Of a stretch of 64,000 nucleotides of DNA, positions 51,918 through 60,619 are shown piece by piece. The stretch lies in NCBI RefSeq assembly GCF_000143415.4, contig NW_003314302.1, forward strand, positions 142,065 to 206,064, read 5' to 3'. A program made the translations under genes and the position numbers. Every line of letters starts with the position of its first letter. Positions within the stretch are counted from its first letter, which is position 1. Below the pieces are notes generated by a model. That model made no database searches, was not told the DNA's origin, and worked only from the letters and a program-made list of their open reading frames with translations. Source of the DNA: Selaginella moellendorffii (Eukaryota > Plantae > Lycopodiophyta).

Positions 51918-53306
51918 ATGGCGGAGCTGAGGGATGTGATATTTGAGAGTTTCCTTTGCTTGCCCTCTCAACTCGAGAGGATGGTTTCTAGAATTCTGGG
52001 TTGTGCGGTTCAATTTACCGGCATTCTAGGGATGGGGGGTTGGAATCTTGTGCTCGACGCGCACAAAGGTGATCAGCGCGTCGCCATTCGACTCCCACTC
52101 GCAGGTCAGAAGAACCGCATCACAAGCGCACTGGCGGATTCGGGCTACGCCGCGACGCTCTTCCTGTCGGGGCTGGGCATACAGACGGTCGTGGCAGGGC
52201 CCGTCCACGTGGCATCGCCACCGCTGCCCTACACGCCACGCGGCAAATCCCACCTCACTGTTATGCCGGTGGCAGAGGGCGTGCCGGCGTGGGAGCTGTG
52301 GAGGAAGGGCGCCAGCGTGGAGTGGAAGAAGACCGTGCTCGCTGACTTGGCAGGCATCACCGTCCGGCTCTACCACCGCCCGCTGGATTCGATGGGGGGC
52401 ATGGCGGTCGACTGTGCCGGGGCGTGCCACGTGGGACCGGAACCGCAGAGTCCGGTGTCCCAGGCGATGGAGCGCGGGCTGGACGTGGGGGCTCTCAGCC
52501 CCGGGCCTTACTCGTCGTGGAAGGAGTACGCGAGGAACCACATTGGAGGGCTGATGGTGCTGCACGGAAACAGCCGCAGGTATGGCGAATCGATACGGGC
52601 AAACGCGGCTATTTTGCTCAGGTGGCTGGACGAGTTCCAAGAATCTCGCGAGGGGAGCGGCTTTTTTCTTCACCACCCCGACTTTGGACCCACCCAAGTC
52701 CTGGTGGATCCGGCATCGGGACATGTCAAGTGCATTCTGGACTGGGACGGGGCCAAGACGGGGACCGTGCAGAGCTTGGCCACTTCTTTCTTTCTCCCGG
52801 CTTACTTCTGCAAGGTGGAGGACGAGGAGGAAGACGAGGAGCTGTTTGGCTTCTTCAAGCAGCAGCTGATTCAAGGGGGAGCGGCGGAGGTGGCCGCGCT
52901 TGCGAGGAGGCACTGGACGCACAAGTCCTGTGATCCTCAGGTGGTGTTCGAGGAGGAGATGGACGTTCCGTGCCGTGGTGGCGCGAAGTCTGTGCAAATT
53001 CGTTTGGAGAGGCTGTGTCGCAAAATGCAGAAGCTGGGGATTGTGGATGGCCAGGAGGAGGTTGTGTGCACCAGCCCGCCGTGGAGCAGGACACCAAGCT
53101 CTTGGTCTTCTTCAGACGAAGAAGGCGAGACAGATGGCGAAGATATGGCCGAGAAGGGTGCAACCATGTCCGACGACGACGAGCCAACGGGTTCTTCCTG
53201 CTCCGAGTCCGAGTCGATCGATTTGGATTTGGAGAGCACTCCTAGTCCTAGCGCTTCATCTAGAGAAGATGTAAGCTACAAAATTAAAAGCTCAACCTCT
53301 GGTTGA
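51918..53306 (+). CDS. APH/choline-kinase-like phosphotransferase family protein (fungal-type), single long ORF
   Basis: GGWNLV, VAIRLP, MPVAEGVP..W, GPYSSWKEY, Brenner-type FLHHPDFGPTQVLVD and ILDWD; acidic Ser-rich tail; GGGCC and TTTAGGGTTT just upstream. Confidence 0.8.
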   Translation: MAELRDVIFESFLCLPSQLERMVSRILGCAVQFTGILGMGGWNLVLDAHKGDQRVAIRLPLAGQKNRITSALADSGYAATLFLSGLGIQTVVAGPVHVASPPLPYTPRGKSHLTVMPVAEGVPAWELWRKGASVEWKKTVLADLAGITVRLYHRPLDSMGGMAVDCAGACHVGPEPQSPVSQAMERGLDVGALSPGPYSSWKEYARNHIGGLMVLHGNSRRYGESIRANAAILLRWLDEFQESREGSGFFLHHPDFGPTQVLVDPASGHVKCILDWDGAKTGTVQSLATSFFLPAYFCKVEDEEEDEELFGFFKQQLIQGGAAEVAALARRHWTHKSCDPQVVFEEEMDVPCRGGAKSVQIRLERLCRKMQKLGIVDGQEEVVCTSPPWSRTPSSWSSSDEEGETDGEDMAEKGATMSDDDEPTGSSCSESESIDLDLESTPSPSASSREDVSYKIKSSTSG

Positions 53307-53849
53307 CTTGATCTGAAATCTAAAATTCTTTGAAGTTGGCTACTACAGAACTTTGACATGCGAGTGATGCCTCCTTGCCAATTCTATGCAATTCTTGTTA
53401 TGCAGAAAAGAGTACATCATGTTTTTGAATAGTTTAGCTGGTATGCAGCGTGTTTGTGAAGCAGGGACAAACACACAATAAATGCTGCTTGTTGCCAGGG
53501 GTATCAACGAGGTGACGTTTCTTTCGAGTAAAAAGTCTCTGCTACTACAAACGCTTACTTATAAAGGCTGACAGAACACAGGCCAGAAGAAATGCATGAT
53601 CACTGAAACAAACAAGCAAGATCAAAATCCATCGGCTCGTTTCCACAAACTCCTCCGTGGCCTCCTCGAGCAGCAAACCCCCACCAGCACCTCGTATAAA
53701 ACTCCAGAGCCTCGTCGTGGACGTAGCCCGACCTTGCACGCTGGGCACCAGAGCTTGGAACCCGCCCTTGCTCATTCCCTAATCGCGTTGGTGGCCTTGC
53801 GCAGTGTGAGTAAAGGAGACCTTTACCAGGCACAGGATCTTCTTGTCAT

Positions 53850-54110
53850 CTTCGCTCCTCCTTCATCCTTGCCAGGAGATGGCCGGTTCCGCCCGTGGGC
53901 GTTGATCAGCGTCGTGAAGGAGTAGACGTTTCACTTCGAAGACCTTCTCCAGCAGCCCGTCGCGGCCCGTGATCCATGGTGTAGATGTGCTGGGTGCTGG
54001 CGCTGCATGGACTTGAAGCGCGTCGTGCTGCATCGTGAGCTTGCTGCGGTAGACATCGCAGCGGGAGCTGGCTCAGCGAGTTGACTCGTTCTCGTAGCCA
54101 CGATCATGGT
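53850..54110 (-). pseudogene. pTAC2-like P-class PPR remnant
   Basis: Deleted fragments DVYRSKLTMQ, FKSMQRQ, HIYTM, GRDGLLEK, VYSFTTLINAHGRN resemble the pTAC2 N-terminal PPRs (recalled from memory). Confidence 0.55.
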
Positions 54111-54199
54111 GGGCGTTTTGACAGGGCTTGGGCACACCTCTGCACAGACGAGCGGCGTTCGTTCTCTTGCTGCTTCTGTGTTGTCACCCGCGGCTTCTA

Positions 54200-54592
54200 A
54201 AGATGGACGAGGCGATGACCTGCTGGAGACGATGGCCGAGACTGGAAGCTGTAGATGAGCCGGCTGTGCTGCGCGTGGATGACTTTGCCGACGATCTCGG
54301 CGTGGGATTCCCGCTCCACTCGTCCAGAGCTTCGGCCTTGGAGGCACTGGGAGCCGAGGAGCGGGAGGCTCTCAACTTGGAGCAAGAGATCGTCATTCGC
54401 GAGACTCGATTTGGAGGCCTTAGCTGGTGGCTGCCCGAGTCGGGAGGAGGAACTGGAGATGAAGAGTGAGGTGGACACTCTCCGTGAGACGGCGGCGATG
54501 CCGAGGCGAGAAGAACTGCAGTGGAAGGAGAAGGGCAATGGCAATAACAGGGATGCGAAGATAGGAGGAGGCAGCCATGGAAGCAGAGGCAA
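54200..54592. pseudogene. Scrambled partial copy of the PPR gene at 55243
   Basis: 54200-54252 matches 56881-56932 on the plus strand; 54253-54590 is an inverted copy of about 55240-55705 with deletions. Confidence 0.8.
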
Positions 54593-55079
54593 GATGGTTT
54601 CGCACGCTAAAAGAACTGACTAGGACCATACTACCGACACACTCCTGCCTGGTTCTCTGTAACTTGATCCTCTTAAGTTGAAAGCACCAAGAAGCGTATG
54701 ACAATCTTCGTCAGGCCTACCTGAGAAAAGCCAGGAGCTTGGATCTGTCCAAGGGCAACAAGTTTGGTGGACATGTTCTTGAAATGCAGCAGCATAGTCA
54801 ATGCTCGTCGAGTCTACGACAAAGTCCCTGCCGTGAATGTTCCCGAGTTCACTGCATTGGATCGATCCTTGGCGCTCTTGAGAATGGCACTGTGGCCAGG
54901 AACCGGGCCAAATCTTTTTGTCCAAACGCGAATGCCAATGGCTTTTAATGTAGCTCCAGCCATGGCCAAATCGAGCTGGGCGAGGATGAACTCGATGAGC
55001 TTGACGAATTGTCGTTAAAAGTCAACGTAAGGCCAACGGTCGATGTTATTATTTTTAAGAGATATTAGTCAATCTGTAA

Positions 55080-55153
55080 GGCCTATTAGCTCAGCTGGTC
55101 AGAGCGTGGTGCTAATAACGCCAAGGTCGCAGGTTCGAGACCTGCATGGGCCA
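55080..55153 (+). tRNA. tRNA-Ile (anticodon AAU)
   Basis: GGCCTAT..ATGGGCCA acceptor stem, A-box TAGCTCAGCTGG, anticodon arm TGGTG-CTAATAA-CGCCA, T-loop GGTTCGAGACC, followed by a T-run. Confidence 0.97.
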
Positions 55154-55242
55154 AATATTTTGGAATGCTTAGGGCTTGGACAATGTAGCTCCAGCCATGG
55201 CGGGCAGACATAGGTAACCTGTTCTCCACTCATTCTAGTTCC

Positions 55243-57678
55243 ATGGCTGCTATCACTGCCCTCCTCCATCCATCTTTATCTTCGCGTCCTCGTCTCGTCT
55301 CGTCTTATCGCCATCGCCCTCCTCGAGCAAGAACATTCCATTCTTCCACTGCAGTTCTTGTCGCCTCCTCGGCATCACCATCGCCATCATCGCACGAAGA
55401 GTTTTCATGTCAATCTCCATCGCCCGACTCGAGCAAGCACAAGCTCAGGCCTCCAAATCGACTCTCGCGAATGGCCGGCGGGGACGAGTTCCCCGACCAC
55501 TTGCTCCAAGTAGAGAGCCTCCTCCACATCCTCCGCTCCACGGCTCCCAATCCCTCCAAGGCCGAAGCTCTAGACGCGTGGAGCGGGGATCTCACACCGG
55601 AGATCGTCGGCAAAGTCATCCAGGCTCTCAAGTTCGTCGACGATGCCGTGTTCTTCTTCACGTACGCGCAGCATAGGCCCGGCTACCGCCACTCCATCTA
55701 CACCTACAACTGCTTCCTGCGTGTTCTCCTCCGGGCTTGCCTCTACGATCGCGCCCGAGAGCTCCTGTCCGAGATGGTCGACTCCTGGCAGCTCCCAAAC
55801 GCGTCAACTTTCGCGGTCATCTTGCACGGCTTTGGCGACGTCGCGATGGCCTGCGAGGTGCTCGTCGATCTCAAGAGCAAAGGTGTGGCTCCCAACACCG
55901 CGGAGTGCAATGCCAAGATCACCGCTCTCTGCAAGGAGGCCCGCTTCGACGATGCCAAGCTGCTGTTCCGGAAGATGGTAGAGATGGCTGCCGAGGACGT
56001 GACGAGCTACTATCTCCTTGTTCGTCCGCTTTGCAAGGCCAAGATGATCGAGGACGCCGAGGTGCTTGTCACCGAGTCGAGGAAGAAGTTCCGGGAACTC
56101 CCGCTCCACAATCTGGTGGTGTCCTCGTACTGCAAAGGGAAGAAGCTGGATGCTGCCGTGGCCGTGTACGAGAAGATGGTGGCGACGAACTCTTGCTCGG
56201 CGGATTTCGTCACCTACACCAGCCTGATCCAGGGACTCTGCAAGGTGAAGCGGCTGGAGCAGGCCTTGATCTTCCTGGGGAAAATGGTCTCCAAAGGCTT
56301 CCACCCGGACGTTTACACCTACACTGCCGTCATCCACGCCCTGTGCGTCGAGAACCGGCTCCACGAAGCTCGAAAGTTTCTGGAAGAGATGGCCAACCGG
56401 AACCTCACTCCAAACGTTGTCACGTACACGGTTCTCATCGACGGGCTCTGCAAAGGTGGCCGGGTCGACGAGGCTGTGGCGCTGCTGTCCAAGATGCGGA
56501 AGAAGTGCGTCCCCACGGCTGTGACTTACAACAGCCTGATAAGCGGTCTCTGCAAGGCCGAGCGGGCGAGCGAGGCCTACGACCTCCTGGAGGAGATGGT
56601 GTACAGCGGCTGCATCCCGGATATCTTCACGTATACCACGCTCATCACCGGCTTCTGCAAGTCAAAGAAGTCGGATGATGCTCTCCGAGTATTCGAGCAG
56701 CTGGTTGCCAGAGGCTTCCGTCCCGACGTTGTCACGTACTCGTGCTTGATCGATGGACTTTGTAAGGAAGGCCGGCTCAAGGAGGCGATCGATCTCTTCG
56801 GCCGGATGATCAAGAGCGGCAGCTGTATGCCGAACACGGTGACTTACAACTCCCTCATCAGCGGCTTCTGTCGGATGGGAAAGATGGACGAGGCGATGAA
56901 CCTGCTGGAGAGGATGGCCGAGACTGGAAGCTCTCCGGACGTGGTGACTTACACCACTCTCATGAACGGCTTCTGCAAGCTGGCGAGGCTAGACGATGCG
57001 TACGATCTTCTCAACCAGATGACCCGCAAGGGGCTCACCCCGGACGTGGTGACTTTCACGAGCTTGATGGACGGGCTCTGTCGAGAGAACCGGCTGAGTG
57101 ACGCTGTGCATATCCTCGGTGAAATGAGGAGGAAGAGCTGCTCACCCACAGTCTATACGTATAACACCATCCTCGATGGCTACTGCAGAGCAAACCAGTT
57201 GGAGGAGGCCCGGAAGTTCATGCTGGAGGAGATGGACTGTCCTCCCAACGTTGTCTCGTTCAATATCATGATCCGGGGACTGTGTAAAGTTAACCGGTCC
57301 AGCGAAGCCATGGAGCTCGTCGAAGAAGCCCGAAGAAGACGTTGTAACCCGGACGTGGTGATGTATACCACTGTTATCGATGGCCTTTGCAGAGAGAAGA
57401 AAGTCGACGAGGCTTGTCGAGTGTATAGAAAGATGCTGGAGGAGCCCGGGTGCTTGCCAAACTCTATAACGTATTCCACATTGGTTACTGGCCTTTGCAA
57501 TGCTGGTATGCTTGATCGAGCTCGCGGGTATATAGAGAAGGGCTGTGTTCCAAACATCGGGACTTATAACCTTCTCATTGATGCGTTTCGTAAGGCCAAT
57601 CGCGATGAGGACGCTCGCGAGCTCCTAGATGATATGGTCCAGAGAGGCTTCGGTGTTGTCCAAAGCCACCAACGCTGA
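55243..57678 (+). CDS. P-class pentatricopeptide repeat protein with organellar transit peptide
   Basis: Uninterrupted 811-aa ORF, Ser/Arg-rich N-terminus, many tandem 35-aa repeats (PNVVTYTVLIDGLCK). Confidence 0.95.
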   Translation: MAAITALLHPSLSSRPRLVSSYRHRPPRARTFHSSTAVLVASSASPSPSSHEEFSCQSPSPDSSKHKLRPPNRLSRMAGGDEFPDHLLQVESLLHILRSTAPNPSKAEALDAWSGDLTPEIVGKVIQALKFVDDAVFFFTYAQHRPGYRHSIYTYNCFLRVLLRACLYDRARELLSEMVDSWQLPNASTFAVILHGFGDVAMACEVLVDLKSKGVAPNTAECNAKITALCKEARFDDAKLLFRKMVEMAAEDVTSYYLLVRPLCKAKMIEDAEVLVTESRKKFRELPLHNLVVSSYCKGKKLDAAVAVYEKMVATNSCSADFVTYTSLIQGLCKVKRLEQALIFLGKMVSKGFHPDVYTYTAVIHALCVENRLHEARKFLEEMANRNLTPNVVTYTVLIDGLCKGGRVDEAVALLSKMRKKCVPTAVTYNSLISGLCKAERASEAYDLLEEMVYSGCIPDIFTYTTLITGFCKSKKSDDALRVFEQLVARGFRPDVVTYSCLIDGLCKEGRLKEAIDLFGRMIKSGSCMPNTVTYNSLISGFCRMGKMDEAMNLLERMAETGSSPDVVTYTTLMNGFCKLARLDDAYDLLNQMTRKGLTPDVVTFTSLMDGLCRENRLSDAVHILGEMRRKSCSPTVYTYNTILDGYCRANQLEEARKFMLEEMDCPPNVVSFNIMIRGLCKVNRSSEAMELVEEARRRRCNPDVVMYTTVIDGLCREKKVDEACRVYRKMLEEPGCLPNSITYSTLVTGLCNAGMLDRARGYIEKGCVPNIGTYNLLIDAFRKANRDEDARELLDDMVQRGFGVVQSHQR

Positions 57679-57681
57679 AAG

Positions 57682-59281
57682 TTATGCTTCCGGTTTCATG
57701 TCTCGGAGCCTTGTCCATGCCTCCTCGAAGTCTTCTGGAGGAGGACATGTGAAGTGAACGTACTTTTCTGTGGCAGGGTGCTCGAACCTGAAAACGTTTA
57801 TTAGCTCACGCAAATTTCTTATACGAAACCTCACCCGAGGCTATAGGCATGCAGACAAGGGCGACGAATGTCCGATGTGAACTCGTGAATCTTCTTTCGG
57901 CTGTTCGTTTTAGTCGCGCTTAGAGCGGAAAATAGATTCGAATTCGCTTTTCCCACTGTTCCTCCATAAACATCATCCCCAAGCAGCGGGAAACCCATGT
58001 AACGTGCATGAACTCTTATCTGGAAGGTTCAGTTTAGTATCAGAGCTCCTGAAATTAAAGAATACGAACTTGATGAGTTCTCCCTGTCTCCAGCTTCCAC
58101 TGAACAAGAGCCACACCACCATTTGCGAGAACGTCTAGAACCTTGTACCTGAAATGATAATGAAATGGTGATACAAAAGAAACTCGTTGCGACATACCTG
58201 CTTGCAGCAAAACGCGCATTTCTGGCGGATGGAACAGTATCTGACGTCGTCATGCGTTTCCTATCTCGCGGATCACGAAGGATTTCAGCCTCAATGCGGC
58301 CGCTCGTCGTTGAAGGTGTACCACACGTAAGACTCAGATAGGTTCTTCGGACTTTCCGAGATTTAAATTGCTCGCTCAAACTCAGCTGGGACTGTTCATC
58401 CTGAAAATAACAATAACAAGGCATACTCAGCACCTGGTAACACAAGACGTGTCTTACCTTACTTTTGCAACGACGATGAGTCCACTGGTACCTTTGTCCA
58501 GTCTATGCACAATCCCAGGCCTTATCACCGGTCTCGGACCCCGAAATCTTGAAGGAGTCTCGCCTCTAACTTTGTGTACCTCGACTTCATCTTTCTCATA
58601 GTCTTGGTCTCCATTTTCACTCAGCTCCTCTCCTTCATCGTCATCGGATTCCTCGTCCATCATTACTGGAAGAGAAACCTCGACAGCAGGAAGGCCGCAG
58701 TGATGGAGGATAGCATTCACCAAAGTCCCACCGTAATGTCCTGGAGCCGGATGCACAACCTGTGAAAACTTGTATTTAGCCAGGTCCAAAGCGAAAGTCT
58801 CTCGACTACATACCATATCGGCAGCCTTGTTGACAACAATCACATGATCATCTTCATGAACAATGTCTAGCTGAATTTTCTCAGGAGTAGCTTCCAAAGG
58901 AGCAGCACCGCAGAGAGTACAGACAACTTCGTCACCACCAATGACAGGAAACGAAGGCTGCCAGAAATCCAAAGCTTAGCTAAAAAACATGAAAGTGAAG
59001 TGCAAATGAGCTAGAAGAAAGCCTCGTACCTTGGTGATGGTTTTCCCATTGACAAGAGCAAGCCCCTTGCGAATGCTGTCTTGGACGCGAGCTCGACTGG
59101 TATGAGGGAGCTGACCCGAAAGCCACACGTCGATTCTAGTGCTCACGGTCTCCTCCGGGATAGTGCCATGGTACTCGCCCAATGCGTGAGTTCCCCTGGC
59201 CAGAACTCTCGCTGGAACCGACGAAGAATTCCAGCCTCTACCACTGCGCCAAAGCGCTAGCTGTGGACGCGCCACTAGCAT
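57682..59281 (-). CDS. RluD-type RNA pseudouridine synthase with S4 domain, multi-exon
   Basis: RIDVWLS..SRARVQDSI (S4), IVHEDDHVIVVNK, VVHPAPGH, RPGIVHRLDKGTSGL (catalytic Asp), IRVHARYMGFPLLGDDVYG, LHAYSLGF.HP. Confidence 0.92.
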
Positions 59282-59304
59282 TCTTTCTATCTATCCGGCC
59301 ACCA

Positions 59305-59990
59305 GAACCCTAAATCCCAACATCTCGCCCAGGAGATCCCATCGTGTCGTGTGCCACACCTGCATTAGCTGCCTGTCCTCGAGATGGAGCAAAATATTCG
59401 CTCGTGCTCTCGCGTCCTTCTTCTCAAACTCCAGGCGATCTTCCTTCCTCGCGAATTCTCCTCCGATCCGCTCACCACGCCCCACTGATAGTGTAGCACC
59501 AGCAAGTTGCATCCGAACATTCGAACGCAACCGGATTCGAACGGGTATCGAACGTTTAATACCCGTTTAGCTTTTTTTCGAACGGGTATAATGGTTTTCA
59601 GTTTTTTTCGACCCCTGATTTTACGGGTTTTTCCGAACCCTGATTTTACATGAACCCTAATCCTAAGTAAAAGAAAGCATATTCTTTAGGGTTTTTAAAA
59701 ATATTCTTGGTGTTTAAACGCCGTTTTAAACACCGTATTATACACGCGTTTTAAACGGCGTTTTTTATTAATCGTACCCGTTCGAATGCAAGTATGCCAG
59801 CAACATTTGCATCCTCATCTTCCACACGTGGAATCTGGTGCCGCCGAATCGCTCCACCAAGAACATCGACCCTTGTTCGTCCCTCATCGGGAGAAATCTT
59901 TCCTCCCTGTACGAGCTCTCATCTCTGTGCGGGATTTCTCGCGGAAATGCGGCCTCGGGAGCTTCGATCCGGGAGGATTTCGAGTTGTCA
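59305..59990 (-). pseudogene. Second copy of the gag-domain gene, interrupted by a MITE
   Basis: Inverted match to about 5590-6020; LEFEKKDARARANILLHLEDRQLMQVWHTT retained. Confidence 0.9.
59506..59796. mobile_element. MITE-like insertion of about 290 bp (hAT-like)
   Basis: Absent from the paralog at about 5780; imperfect TIR gttgcatccgaac / gttcgaatgcaag; flanking duplication ccagcaa at 59499-59505 and 59797-59803. Confidence 0.75.
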
Positions 59991-59994
59991 GATA

Positions 59995-60610
59995 AACAAG
60001 AGCCCTAAAACCAGACTAAAATTTTTCTTCTCTTTGTTTGTTCTATGTTCATGCTCATGTTTGTTTTTTAGGATGAGTTCTCCTCGCTTCCACTGGTCAT
60101 TCCAGAAGACAATTCTCGGATTGGTAAGAACTTTTCGTGTTCTTCTTAGAAAACCTTCTTTGTTTCAAGAGCGAGCTGCTCGATCACTGCTCCTGAGCGA
60201 GGATTGGAGATCGATGACATGAAATCGTGAGTCTCTTGCAATTCTCCATCGTGAATGCCACCCGAGCTCAATGGTTTTTCAGACGAAGGATTTGCAGGTG
60301 CCTTGAGACGAAAATTCTTTTATCATCTTTTCTCAGAAGCTGTGATTCTTGTCCAGGTGTTGTCGTGGATTTGTTCTCGAAAGCGGAAGTTTTGCCAGAG
60401 CTCCACACGTTCTTTATGAAAGCTATCTACAATCTCGTATCATGATCAACTTCCTGGAGAAAATGACTTGCCTGTCTATACTTCCAGACAGACCAATCAA
60501 TGCAGGCCATCTGGCAAGATTAAGATCCTGATCCTGAACAAGCTCATGAGCTCACTGCTTAGTTTGATCCACTGTATAGGTGGAAATCTTACAAACTTGG
60601 AGAACTACTT
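59995..60610 (+). pseudogene. Deleted inverted remnants of the methyltransferase and SDR genes
   Basis: Segments match the reverse complement of about 4810-4200 and about 2975-2865, introns included. Confidence 0.8.
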
Positions 60611-60619
60611 CTCAGTTTG

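Noticed and set aside
52026-52997. 323-aa antisense ORF over the APH gene, and similar overlapping ORFs over the PPR, SET and SDR genes
   Set aside because: Shadow ORFs of GC-rich codon usage with no motifs.
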